DNA of 64,000 bases from Octopus vulgaris. Its lineage: Eukaryota. A program made the translations under genes and the position numbers. The stretch is from NCBI GenBank assembly GCA_951406725.2, contig OX597820.1, positions 124,744,001 through 124,808,000 on the forward strand, written 5' to 3'. The notes beneath the pieces are model-generated. The model ran no database searches. It saw only the letters and a program-made list of their open reading frames with translations, and was not told the DNA's origin. Shown in pieces: positions 42,078 through 55,197 of this stretch (position 1 is its first letter; each line of letters begins with the position of its first letter).

Positions 42078-42624
42078 TGCATGAATACACATATACGTAC
42101 ACACATATATTCACATGTAGTAAGAGACAAACAGAACGAGATATTAGTAGACAGAATCATAGACTGACATGGTATAGGTATTTATCAAGAATTACGAACA
42201 CGGACAAACGCTTTTCTGTTGTTTTAATGTGCATTTTCAGTATTACTTTTATATAATCCGTATATAATATTTATATGTAAAAGAGTAATAACAAATTTTC
42301 TGTTCAAACTTATGTCGCTATCAGCGTAAATAGAATATGTAAAATAGAAATTTTGCTAACGTTTTCATTAAATTTTACAGATATATCATTTATCTGTTTT
42401 ATAGATGCTATTACTTTAATGTTTTCGTGAATTATTTCTTTGAGCTTTAGCTATAAAAGGTATACGATTCCTATGATATCGCTACATCAATGTAAAAATC
42501 ACAAAATCTCATGCACATAGATATATTCTTGGGAAATAAGTTATCACTTTCTTAGAATCAAACATAAAAGCAGACACAGACAGCCCAAAATATATACATA
42601 CACATTACACACACACACACAGAT

Positions 42625-42691
<67 letters not shown>

Positions 42692-42712
42692 CATATGTAC
42701 GTACGTGTATAT

Positions 42713-42759
<47 letters not shown>

Positions 42760-43629
42760 AATTTATATAAACATGCATGTACAAAGAGGTGTATGCATAG
42801 ATGCCCACAAACATATGCATGTATGTATGTATGTATGGAGAGAGAAGGATGGAGAAATAAGAAAGAGAACTAGTTCGAATGAGAGTAGCCTCTACACAAA
42901 ATTGAATATAAAACACGTTCACTTTACATATCTCGTAAACTTCGATATGCATTGTGTGTAAATCTCCTTCACTCAGCTAAATCCTGTCTCTCTAATCTCT
43001 CTCCCTATGTATCTCAGTATCTATTTAACTATCTCTTTGTCTATCACTTGGTGCATTTAAATATACTGATATATATTCTAATGTTAAGATTCTATGAATG
43101 TGTTTCTGTGTGCATACACATTATACGTCAACATACAATCTGTTTGTTGATATAAAATGTATTCGCAGAATTGCTAAATCTAATCTGCCCCATGGTATAT
43201 TTCCCTATTTAATCCGCTCTTTCTCCCTCTCTTATCTCATAGTATTCTTCAGAGGGAAAATGTATAAACAGCCGTCTAAGTTATTAAAGTGATAAATATT
43301 TCTGGATGGCCAGATTTTCTCCTGATATTCCGTTATTTCAATGTGTAAAGGATTTACATGACATTGGAAATAAAATCGATGCAATCAATGACAAAATCTT
43401 ATTCTATTTCTGATCATTTAATACTTTTATTTTAATTCAGTAATATACATAAAGTCGAATATTATAACAATGAAAACCCTTCTATTGTCAGCAGCAATGT
43501 ACCTAGTTAAATGACACTGAGCACATTTACTTCTTAAGCAGAGCTTTTGAATTAATGCTCGTTTTAAAAACAAATCAATCGTTAGATCTTATTTTTATCA
43601 ATAGGCAGATAAGGAGGTCGATAATTGAA

Positions 43630-43830
43630 TGTATATTTATAAATTTCAGTCCAACTTCTATTTATGAAACATCTGTATTCATAAATTCTAAATAGCTACA
43701 CAGGCACAGATGTAACCTGATTTTTTTTCTTTTCATTTTAACATTGATCATACGTCTTCCAATATATTATTAAATTCACCTTATGCACTTCTGAGATCGT
43801 TCGACAATAAATAATGCGTCTATAAATAAA
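43630..43830 (+). repeat. Unclassified ~200 bp dispersed repeat, copy 1 of 3 (others 54754-54925, 55620-55815)
   Basis: Shared atatttata..ttctattt.tgaaa.atct...cat.aatt.taaa..aatatattatt.a...acc blocks. Confidence 0.6.
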
Positions 43831-44223
43831 CTAATATTTAATATAGACACATAAAATCCGCACACGCTCACACATATTCATACATATATTATCTCACACA
43901 TTTCATATTAGAATCATATATATGTTTGGTCTGGTCTCTCTTTCTCCCTCGTCCTCTCTCTGTGTCTCTCTATCGCGCGCTCTATCTCTAAATATATATT
44001 TTCGTGTGTCTGTGAATACGTATGTGTGTGTTCACGAGAAGACTAATCATACGAAAACATCAATCCAAGACATATATGTTTGTGTTTATTGTATATGAAA
44101 TTATATGCAACTTTAAAGATTGGTTAATGTAGACTAACGTGTTTAAGAAAATAATTCAAGTAATAAGTATAGACACACATACATATATATATATACACTT
44201 ATTCGTTACATATAAATATAAAT

Positions 44224-44264
<41 letters not shown>

Positions 44265-44339
44265 GATGCATTATATATATATATACACTTATTCGTTACA
44301 TATAAATATAAATACGGATATATATATATATATAGACAC

Positions 44340-44372
<33 letters not shown>

Positions 44373-44399
44373 CTTAGATGAAAGTCAGATGTGTTTCAA

Positions 44400-45290
44400 C
44401 AAAATATTGGTCCAGGCCATGCCTAACTTAATAGCACCACCTGATAGGATTATCTAACATCTTTTTAAGTCCAGGTTTGTAGTATTATGGTCCATTCAAG
44501 TAGTGAGTTCTTGTTTTATATGTGGAGACCAAAGTTGACAGCAGTAGTCGAGGTGTAGCCGTACAAAAGGGGTGAAAAGTGGAACGATGACACCTTGTTG
44601 TCTGGACCGAAAGGTTCTTAAGATCCAGGAGTGCATCCTACGAGTTATATGAACCTTAATGTTCATGTGGGCACTCAAACTGCGATTGTTTTCAACAATT
44701 ACACCTAGGTTTCTGATATCATTAGTTGCTGAGAGCGGATCCCTTGAAGGAAGAGAGTATGGCCGTTTTAGTATAGTGTGTCTTCCAAAATGCATCAGCT
44801 GAACTTTTTCCTAGTTTTGTTGCATTTTGTTTTTGGCTGCCCATTAACTCACAGAGCATAGATCAGACTGGAGTTGAGTTCGGTCTTCTTCTTCATTGAT
44901 GATTTGCTGGAGATCAGACTGGAGTTGAGTTCGGTCTTCTTCTTCATTGATGATTTGCTGGAGCTTGGTGTCATCAGCAGATATTTTCATTTTGCAGTGA
45001 TTTACGACGCTGGAATGTCATTTATGTAGATTATAAAGAGGAGCGGACCCAAAACAATCATCTGAGGGATATCACAGGTGACTTTTGATGTACTTCAGTG
45101 AACTCCTTCGACCACACCATGCTGTGTTCTCTTCGCCAGGAAATACTCAATCCAGTGTAGAAGCTTTCCATGGATTCCATCATTTGTCAATTTTGAGAGA
45201 GTAAGATATTATGGTCAACCCTGTCGAACGTTTTGCTGAGGTCAAGATATATGGCATCATATTTCGAACCTGTCCCAAGGCTTGACGTAT
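44400..45290 (-). mobile_element. Decayed CR1-like LINE RT fragment with internal 51-bp tandem duplication (44860-44961)
   Basis: Minus motifs DAIYLDLSKTFDRVDH, VLGPLLFIIYIND, SADDTKL, NLGVIV and WILRTF..FVRLHLDYCCQLWSPH. Confidence 0.85.
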
Positions 45291-45458
45291 ATCCTCAGTC
45301 TGGTGTGAGAGCTATGGTATACAGTCCCTGCCACAGCAAAAGCCATGCTAATTTGCATTTAGGAGTTTGTGGATTTCCAGGAAACCACCTATCCTTGATC
45401 TTACGACTCTTTCGAACACTACGATGTGGGCACGACAAGGCACTAATATTTGCTAGAA

Positions 45459-45531
<73 letters not shown>

Positions 45532-45553
45532 ATGTTACATTACTCGGTAGTCA

Positions 45554-45616
45554 AGATAAAACTCTGAGTTTCAGATGCCGAAGTGGAAATCCACAACACC
45601 ATCTCTTCAGTTATCT
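45554..45616 (-). ncRNA. Hammerhead motif in the inverted pLTR copy (canonical CUGAAGA)
   Basis: Minus strand AGATAA-CTGAAGA-GATG..CATC-T-GAAACT-cag-AGTT-TTATCT; one extra U before GAAA. Confidence 0.7.
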
Positions 45617-45704
45617 GGCTATTTGAAAACGTTATGAAAAAATACCGTTAAAAATGAAGGGAAATTACTCTGTTACAACTCTGCTTTGCCTGCGTACTTA
45701 TACA

Positions 45705-47405
45705 ATACACACAACTCTTACACAACAGCATCACTAATAATTATACTAAGGCTAGGGCACAGACATATAACGAAATTAATAAAGAAGCTAGCGTCATCGC
45801 CGCTAAACTTAAATTAGATAAAAAAATAGAAACCCTCCCCCAAAAAGAAGCCTTTATTACTATTAAAGATCACAAAGAAAACTTCCTTTCCAACCCTAAA
45901 TGTAGGCTTATCAACCCAGCCAAGTCAGAACTAGGGATTATTAGCAAAGAAATTTTAGATAAAATAAATACGAAAATTAAGACCGATACTAGGCTAGTGC
46001 AATGTCGTAGACTGGTTTAAAGCTATTAAGAATAAGAAAAAAGCGAGGTTTACACAATTCGATATTGTTGATTTTTATGCCTCTATCTCTAAAGAACTGC
46101 TAGATAAAGCCTTAATCTTCGCTAGTGACTTCATAGAAATTAGTACCAATGATAAGGATATAATCTTCCATGCTAGAAAGACATTACTTTTCAGTGAGAA
46201 TGCAAAGTGGGTAAAAAACACCGACACGGAGGGCGCTTTCGATGTGAGCATGGGTTCATATGATGGGGCAGGCATCTGTGATCTAATTGGACTCTTTCTC
46301 CTAGATACCTTCGGTAAGACATTCCCTAACGTACATTTCGCCATCTACAAAGATGATGCCCTCGCCTTAACAGCTAATACAAATGGACCAGCACAAGATC
46401 GTTTTAGGAAGGATATTATCCAGTTAATGAAACACTTCGGACTTAGTATAACTATAGACACTAACCTGACGGTTGTCAATTTCTTAGACGTTTCCTTAGA
46501 TCTTAATAATAATATTTATAAGCCTTATAGGAAGCCCAATGATAAACTAAGTTATATTAATGTAGGTTCATGCCATCCCCCTATAGTATTCAAAAATTTA
46601 GTTAAAAATATTAGTAAGAGAATTTCTAGCCTCTCATCTAATGAGGACATCTTCAATAGCGTTGCCCCAGTTTATAATAAAGCTTTAAAAGATAGTGGTT
46701 TTAGCGAAAAAATAAAATATACACCTATCACCAGCCCAACAGTAAGGAAAAGGAATAATAGAAATAGGAAGGTCATCTGGTTTACGCCCCCTTACTCACC
46801 CGAGGTAGCCTTCAATATAGGTAAATATTTCCTAGCACTGATAGATAGACATTTTCCAGTTAACCATGCTTATAGGAAACTCATCAATAGACACAATTTA
46901 AAAATTAGTTTTAGTTCAACTACCAATTTTAAAAACATAATCAATCATAACGTACAAAAAACACAAGAAGAAAACAGCTGTTCATGCAGGAATACCGTAA
47001 ACTCTATAACCACTAAGTACCGTAAACTCTATAACCACTAAAGACACTGTTTCGACGAAGAAATACGTGGGCCTGACAGAGGGTAATTTCAAGGCCAGGT
47101 TCAATAACCACACTTTGAGGTTTAGGCACTGGAATAAAAGAAAAGCGACACAATTATCCAATCATATTTGGTCTTTAAGAGATAAAGGTGTCGATTATAA
47201 CATACAATGGAAGATTTTGGCCAGATGTAAGCCCTACACTAACGGCAGCGGAAGGTGCGGTTTATGCGACATGGAGAGATGGCTTATCTGGAAAAGCAGC
47301 TTAGACCCTACCACATGTCTAAATACAAGGACAGAGCTTTTCGGATCATGCCCACATGTGACTAAATTTCTGTTACGTTTTTGGTCCCCTAAAGAAAACG
47401 GATAG
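45705..47405 (+). pseudogene. PLE reverse transcriptase / GIY-YIG endonuclease, disrupted
   Basis: AFITIKDHKENFLSNPKCRLINPAK; FDIVDFYASI; MGSYDGA; YKDD; NFLDV; YRKPN; CSC; YVGLTEGNFKARFNNH; CGLCDME..LNTRTELFGSCPH. Frameshift or deletion near 46003, and a deletion with a 24-bp duplication at 46993-47041. Confidence 0.9.
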
Positions 47406-47599
47406 AACATGCTTTCTGTGTTATGTCCCAAGAAGATTTTATATATTTTTATATATTTTTATATATTTTTATGTATTTTTATATAATTTTTATGACGAAA
47501 AATGCGAGCGATGTATAAGTACGCAGGCAAAGCAGAGTTATAACAGAGTAATTTCCCTTCATTTTTAACGGTATTTTTTCATAACGTTTTCAAATAGCC

Positions 47600-47662
47600 A
47601 GATAACCGAAGAGATGGTGTTGTGGATTTCCACTTCGGCATCTGAAACTCAGAGTTTTATCT
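47600..47662 (+). ncRNA. Hammerhead motif in the 3' pLTR (core reads CCGAAGA)
   Basis: Same fold as 45554-45616 with a U4C substitution. Confidence 0.65.
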
Positions 47663-47758
47663 TGACTACCGAGTAATGTAACATATTCTATAGATAAATT
47701 TCCTCTATTTACATAATATTGAGGTCTCTTTCTTTCTTTTGTTATCTTACCGTTTTAT

Positions 47759-47818
<60 letters not shown>

Positions 47819-47837
47819 TCGTATACTTATAGATACG

Positions 47838-47883
<46 letters not shown>

Positions 47884-47954
47884 ATATAAGTATATATATA
47901 TGCACTTATATATAAGTATATATATATACACACATATATATATACATATATACT

Positions 47955-48005
<51 letters not shown>

Positions 48006-48015
48006 TACTTATATA

Positions 48016-48103
48016 TGAGGGATGTCTTAGTTAGTTCTCTACTAGAGCAATCGGTTGCAAGAAATAGGTTATGTATCCATAATACATACATATATATATA
48101 TTT

Positions 48104-48199
<96 letters not shown>

Positions 48200-48263
48200 T
48201 ATGGACATAACCTATATCTTGCAACCGATTGCTCTAGTAGAGAACTAACTAAGACATCCCTCA
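48016..48263. repeat. ~75-bp inverted repeat around a (TA)n spacer (foldback)
   Basis: tgagggatgtcttagttagttctctactagagcaatcggttgcaaga.. (48016-48090) and its reverse complement (48191-48263). Confidence 0.9.
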
Positions 48264-49048
48264 GCTGAGATATGCGGAATAAAATTGAATTTAAGCGAAC
48301 TATAAATGTAAATGGGAGAATTGCCTTAAGGCGCGAAATATCCATTCCATTTATTGAAAACAACGGATAGAATACAATTTCCATTCACTTATATTCTTAT
48401 ATACTTGCTGTAATGATGTATTATGGATGTATTTTGAAAATAATTATATTTAATTGATCTGCACATAACTAATTCTAGGCCTTTTGTTGTAATGAATTGA
48501 ATCTATATATAAGTGTACGATTCCCATGGGATATGCTAAAAAATATCGACACCTCAGGCTTAACAGCTTTCTCTCGTGCAACCTTGGATACACGTTTGGG
48601 TCTCAGCTTGTGTATCTACTATCCCAGCCGATGTGGTTCCAGCATTACTATACTTGGTACCCGGTTTCTGTAAACTCAATCTGTGTATCGATGGCACAGA
48701 CACCCACTCAAAAGCACACACATGTACAATTATTTACATAAAACTATATACATACTTGTATAAAGAACATAACACTATCTTTTTAATATGATAATTTAAT
48801 GTGTACATGGTTTTCCTGTTTTTAACTGAATCGCTATCACGAGAATGCACCAGTTGTCAAGCGATATGGAAATAAACACGAGCACAGTCACGCAGTACCA
48901 ACCTCCATACATGTCAGTTCTAATATGATATCCGTACTACCAACATTTTCAATGCAAAGATGAGTAATTCAAAAGGTATAACTACGAAATTATTTCTAAA
49001 GCAACAGGCTCAGTATGGAATGCGATACTGATCGATGCATTTTGCAAA

Positions 49049-50401
49049 GGTCATCCTGTAAGTGATGTCCGCATTTTGAATAAGGAAAACAAGCGATCAA
49101 ATCTTACATTTTAATGAAATTAAGTCTTCAATATAGTTTCCATGATTACCTATGACATCTTTCTATTTATTTCTAAGCTTTTTAAACGCATTAAAGTAAA
49201 ACGCTTTCGGTTTCGAAGAGAACTCTGGAAAGGTCAGTTTCAACTTCATCAGTTGTTTCGAGACTTAAACCATCCAAATGATTCTGTAACCTACAGACCA
49301 AATGATAATCTGAAAGAGCTACGTCTGAGGAAGAAGGCGGATGAGCAGTTTTCACCCGGCCAATCTTCTCGATCTTCTCTGACGTGATCTTTGCAGTGTG
49401 AAGTTTTGCATTATCCTGATGAAACACCCTCCCTTTGGTTTCACTAAAACAAGTATGTTTCCTTCAAACGCTCTTATCGCTGACAGTGGCGCACACTCTC
49501 CTACCCTGATGTAATCTCCAGGGATACAGGCATCCAGCAACAGGACCTCCGTAATGCTATGATGGACCGTGAAGTCTGGCGTAACATAGTAAATTCCATT
49601 GTCTCGACCACGGTCGAAAAATGATGATGATGGGATTTGAGCTTTGATTGTTGCATTAGTTGATAGCAACGCAGAGAAGACATTTCTTCGCATGCAACAC
49701 CCTTTTTGTTTTAATTGGGCCTTTTTTTTATCTTCAGCAAGCCAATGTCTACGACGCTTAACATTTTGATAATAAAACCATTTTTCATCACCAATCAGCA
49801 CTCTGTCCAAACAGGGAGAGGTGAATTCACGGGATCAAATAGCAGAGCACTCCAGATTTGCGGTTGGCTACAGGATAAATCAAGAGGCACCCATTTTCCG
49901 AGTTTTGGGACCTTTTCGAGCTGTTGAAGATAGCGGTGAACAATTGTATGGCTTGATCGAAGTTTGCTTGCAAATTCTTTAACTGAAACTGCATGATCCT
50001 TGTGAAGTTCTGTCAAAAGGAGCTTGTCATGAAACTCAACCGGATGTCCTATTCGGGTCTCATCTTCATGGCTGAAATCTCCACTTGTGAATTTTATAAA
50101 CCGTCTTCTGCAAATTTTTCATTTAGGCACTTTTCTCCATAAGTCTGAGTAAATATATCGAGTTGCTTCAGCAGCAGAGTTCCATTTTTTAAAACTCATA
50201 AAGAGTTATGCGCCTCACATTTTCTTTAGACGCTTCCATGTCTGAAAAGCTAGAATTGGTGAAATTTGGATTGCATAATGCTGCAAAATGAAACTTAATT
50301 GGGTTAAATGTCTCCAAATATCACTTGATGACATTAGACATTATACAATGCTATTAAAGCGTTTGCAAATTGAAAATATAGAAGTCCGGATATTACTTAT
50401 A
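49049..50401 (-). mobile_element. Decayed mariner (Tc1/mariner) transposon
   Basis: ATG at 50239 (MEASKENVRRITLYEF); KLGKWVPLDL (cf. WVPHEL), GDEKW, FHQDNAKLH, HPPSSSDVALSDYHL (cf. HPPYSPDLAPSDY). Imperfect TIR-like ends taagtgatgtccg (49059) and cggatattactta (~50388-50400). Confidence 0.9.
49488..49632 (+). mobile_element. RTE-like LINE 3' end nested in the mariner
   Basis: Reads RTLSYPDVISRDTGIQQQDLRNAMMDREVWRNIVNSIVSTTVEK* followed by an (ATG)n tail. Mariner coding (TIKAQI|CQ) resumes on either side. Confidence 0.85.
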
Positions 50402-50638
50402 TATATATATACAGAGAGAGAGAGAGTGAGAGAGAGAGAGAGTGAGAGAGTGAGAGAGAGAGCGAGAGAGAGAGAGAAAGATGGGGAGAAATGTGTGTAT
50501 GTATGTATTGCATGTGTATGTGTATGCATCAGACCCGAAAACTTAACTGATTCAATAGCATCTATCTACTTCTAGTTTATTGTGTTCTTTGTTAAATTCT
50601 TGCTTAGAAGGTGCATCCGATATGTTATAATATCTATC

Positions 50639-50706
<68 letters not shown>

Positions 50707-51575
50707 CCTTTGTCTCTCTGTTCCCAATGCATTCTGAAACAGCTCAACTCATTCTGAAAGGGCTCACATGCTAATATCATCTGACCCCGTGAGTGTCAAC
50801 ATGTAATTGTTGGCTACAGGATAAATCAAGAGGCACCCATTTTCCGAGTTTTGGGACCTTTTCGAGCTGTTGAAGATAGCGGTGAACAATTGTATGGCTT
50901 GATCGAAGTTTGCTTGCAAATTCTTTAACTGAAACTGCATGATCTTTGTGAAGTTCTGTCAAAAGGAGCTTGTCATGAAACTCAACCGGATGTCCTATTC
51001 GGGTCTCATCTTCATGGCTGAAATCTCCACTTGTGAATTTTATAAACCGTCTTCTGCAAATTTTTCATTTAGGCACTTTTCTCCATAAGTCTGAGTTGCT
51101 TCAGCAGCAGAGTTCCATTTTTTAAAACTCATAAAGAGTTATGCGCCTCACATTTTCTTTAAACGCTTCCATGTCTGAAGAGCTAGAATTGGTGAAATTT
51201 GGATTGCATAATGCTGCAAAATGAAACTTAATTGGGTTAAATGTCTCCAAATATCACTTGATGACATTAGACATTATACAATGCTATTAAAGCGTTTGCA
51301 AACTGAAAATATAGAAGTCCGGATATTACTTATATATATATATACAGAGAGAGAGAGAGAGAGAGAGAGTGAGAGAGAGAGAGTGAGAGAGAGAGAGAGT
51401 GAGAGAGAGAGAGAAAGATGGGGAGAAATGTGTGTATGTATGTATTGCATGTGTATGTGTATGCATCAGACCCGAAAACTTAACTGATTCAATAGCATCT
51501 ATCTACTTCTAGTTTATTGTGTTCTTTGTTAAATTCTTGCTTAGAAGGTGCATCCGATATGTTATAATATCTATC

Positions 51576-51621
<46 letters not shown>

Positions 51622-51723
51622 CCTTTGTCTCTCTGTTCCCAATGCATTCTGAAACAGCTCAACTCATTCTGAAAGGGCTCACATGCTAATATCATCTGAC
51701 CCCGTGAGTGTCAACATGTAATT
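49863..51723 (+). repeat. Tandem duplication: 49863-50808 and 50809-51723
   Basis: Copies include the mariner 5' half, (AG)n and flank. They differ by a few SNPs, a 13-bp indel and microsatellite lengths. Confidence 0.95.
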
Positions 51724-51859
51724 GTTTTCAATGAAAACAGCGCAACATTGGCACTGGCTCCGTATTACGTTCAAAACTCAAAGAATAAAAGTAAAACAAT
51801 AACATCTATATTGTTATGTGATATATTGCTTCACATTCATACTTTTACTTTTAAATGTA

Positions 51860-52318
51860 ACCACGACGACGACGACGTCACATTTTATATATGGCTGGGT
51901 ATCTGTCTGTGAATGCATGTGTGGGAGTGTAAGAGTGCGTATACGTCTCACAGTGCGCGTGTGTGTCCTTCCGCAGTAAAGAAGCAATTGAACATGCTAT
52001 ATATTTCACTTTATACTTTTAATTATATTTCTAACAACGATGAGGACATATTTTAATATAATTGTGCATCTGTCTCTGAATGTATGTGAGTATATGAGTG
52101 TGAATATCTCTCACAGGGTGCATGTCTTTCCAAATTAGGTACGCTATTAAACACACTGTATGTGTATGAGTGCTGGTCAGTGTCAATACCGAATTTTATT
52201 TTTATTTCGATTAAAACAATATTACATTTCACAGAGATAATATTTCTATCTACGGAGGTGTACTTGGACATCGAGTCACTTGATCTGAGATCTTGTGCTC
52301 GGAACATATATATATATA

Positions 52319-52384
<66 letters not shown>

Positions 52385-52858
52385 ATCTTCGACGCAGAAA
52401 TAGTCATACATTTACATGTACATGCACATATACACACACAGAGACATGTCTACACACTTACATACATACATAAACACATGAAGTAACTGTTACTTTCCGA
52501 GATGCAGAATGAAGTTACGTCAGTAAACAGGTTCTGGTTTCCAAGCGATAAAAATAATTTGACACAAATGAAATTTAAATGTTGAAATGAAATTAACGGT
52601 TTCTGTGTGCACTTGAATAGGTTACAAACATCTCCCACGCTGCAATCTTTCTAATGTCCACAGGACATTTTATATCAAGACGACAACGACATGACATTTT
52701 GTATGTGACTGTGTATCTGTCTGTATGTGTATAAGTGTACGATGTGTATTTGTCTCAATATAAGTGTCTTTCCGCGTTAGGTATATTATTAAACAAATAC
52801 ACACATCTACAGATACATATACATATATAACGCTACATTATTAAACACACATACTTCT

Positions 52859-52898
<40 letters not shown>

Positions 52899-53355
52899 GT
52901 GACGGCTGGCCAATATGAATATGAAATTAAGTTTTCATTTCGATTGAAACAATATAATATTTCATAGATATAATCTTTCTGTTGTCAATAGTACATTTTA
53001 TACAACGACGGCGACATCACTTTTGTATAAGACAGTGTATGGATATGTATGTGTACGTGTAAAAGTATATGAGTGTATATGTCTTATAGCATGTGTTTTT
53101 TTCCGCGTTAGGTACGTTATTAAACATACACACATCTACATATGTCTTTACAAATCTAATGATTGACATATGTGAATGTATGTATCTCATTGGCTACCTT
53201 AGTATATGTATGTGAGTGTATGTCCAGGACATTTTATACCCCTACGATGTCGTATAATGTGTATGAGTGTATAACTGTCTCTGAGTTTATGAGTGTGTAC
53301 GTGTCTGTGAGTTGTGTGTTTTCGCATTACGTACGTAATTAAACACATACATCTC
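51860..53355 (+). repeat. Old irregular array of five ~120-bp units
   Basis: Units near 51865, 52033, 52679, 53002 and 53226 share acgacgac..cacatttt.tat..tatctgtc..gagtgt..gtctca..tttccgc.ttaggtacg.tattaaaca. Confidence 0.7.
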
Positions 53356-53572
53356 CACATCTAACATATATGATGACTAACATGCCTCAATGTAAGAATG
53401 TGGGTTCCAGAGGTGAAATTCTTGAACAATAAACAAAAGAATGATGTGGCAAGGGCTAAGGTATATATAAAATACACATTTAGAGTTCCATTACCGGTTA
53501 ATAACTATTATCGCAGCAGTTGCAAGGTTACAAGTTATTTAAAATTACATATTTGCCATCAATAAATATATC

Positions 53573-53633
<61 letters not shown>

Positions 53634-53949
53634 TGTGTGTGTGCGCGCGTGTTTGTGTCTGTGTGTGTCTGTGTCTGTGTGTTTATATATATAATTCTTT
53701 GTCACTCTGTAATAATGATTATGGTATTTACCATTAAATTAGCAGTTTCATACAGGTGCTTCTATTTCGTCCATTTGCTTATACTTCGTTAATTTACACT
53801 GCATACAAAAATACATATTACCTACATAGCACGCAGGAAACAATTGTACTTCATTTTTTCAAGTAATTCATTACTACATATTCTCATGTGACTGCATAGC
53901 TCCACTTTATGTTTCTTATTCTACTGCCACACCAGTAATCCAATGTCAA

Positions 53950-54450
53950 CACTTCGCCTTCTGCAACATTTCAATAGTTCACTTCCCCGTTGCCGCCTCT
54001 CATCGCAGCCCATTTCCGGAATGTACCAAGTTACGTACAATATCTCCATTCATTTGACTGCCAACTATAAGATGGTTCGTACTAGACTCTGTGCTGACCC
54101 CTCAAATTTGAGTATATGCACTGAAGACTTTTCAGTGGGTTCCAAAATTACATACCCCACCACCGCCAATTTTTCACGATAGTTTAGATCCTGGAATCCT
54201 TCAGACAGACGTATTATATGCCGCTTAGTCGAATGAGACCATCATTTACTCCACAATATTTTTCTCCTCAATGCTGTACCTTTCCCTATCACGTTTCACC
54301 ATATTTGTGATATATAAATGCAGACTATCCCATGTTAATTGCGTGCAACACTGGGCATCCCTAGAAGTATTTAATATTTCTTGTTGCAGTTTCATTAAAT
54401 ATACACATGTTTTATCTCCATTGAAACTTGATATGATTTTACGAACTTTT
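53950..54450 (-). mobile_element. Possible very old CR1-like remnant
   Basis: Minus fragments FNGDK and EGFQDLNYREKL in the expected order. Confidence 0.3.
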
Positions 54451-55038
54451 TATGCGATTTAACATCTGAATCTGTACAAAGGAGTACATTGAAAATTAAG
54501 ATGACTAAACCTTCCCTCTCACGCAGTTCGTTATCATGGCCTGTGATGTACTTCGATGAGTCAGCCTATATGTGCATACGTACATAAGATAGACTAGTAT
54601 ATTTTTATAGATGTCTGCATCTCGGGAATGGTGGGTAATTATTACACATATTATATGTTTAACTTAGAAACATTTACTTTGTAGAGTTTAAATACAGTGA
54701 AGGTAAATCAATACATCGAGGTACAGGAAAATACGGCCATTATTAATTAAATAGAATATTTATAAATTTTCAACCAATTCTATTTCTGAAATATCTGTTG
54801 CCATGAATTTTAAATTGCTTGACATAGGTAACATATATATATTTTTTATCGATCATGCTGCTTCCAATATACTATTAAATTGACCTTTTTTTATTGCTGT
54901 GCAATAATATTATATCTATAAGTGAGGCACGCTTTCATTTGCACACACACACACACACACATATACACACTCTGACATGCACACATATATACATTCATAC
55001 ATATATAAATACATACATACATTCATACATATATACAT

Positions 55039-55101
<63 letters not shown>

Positions 55102-55155
55102 CAGAGAGAGGAAAGAGGATTTGAAAATGCAGAGGTCCTTTAAAGATGGTTATTG

Positions 55156-55197
55156 ACTTGACCGGTTTCACTTTTTAAAAAGAAGATTATTAAAAGT
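55156..55197 (-). ncRNA. Decayed hammerhead-like motif
   Basis: Minus strand ACTT-ttaataa-tcttctttttaaaaagt-GAAAC-CG-GTC-AAGT. Stem I and palindromic ACCGGT are intact; the core box is three transitions from CTGATGA. Confidence 0.4.

Larger units (their letters stand above)
45529..47760 (+). mobile_element. 5'-truncated Naiad-type Penelope-like element with inverted pLTR segments, flanked by (TA)n
   Basis: RT plus GIY-YIG coding region; 176-bp inverted repeat 45529-45704 / 47512-47687; (TA)n on both sides. Confidence 0.9.

Noticed and set aside
45705-47520. Selenoprotein-type Naiad (in-frame UGA plus SECIS)
   Set aside because: The cysteine positions seen are TGT/TGC codons, and no convincing SECIS stem was found in the 3' region.
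48310-48346. aatg..gccttaaggc..GAAATATC-catt hammerhead-like fold
   Set aside because: The core box (ggagaatt) matches neither CUGANGA nor a compensated variant.
51860-53355. CRISPR-like repeat-spacer array
   Set aside because: Eukaryotic context; units are long, diverged and irregularly spaced; no cas genes.
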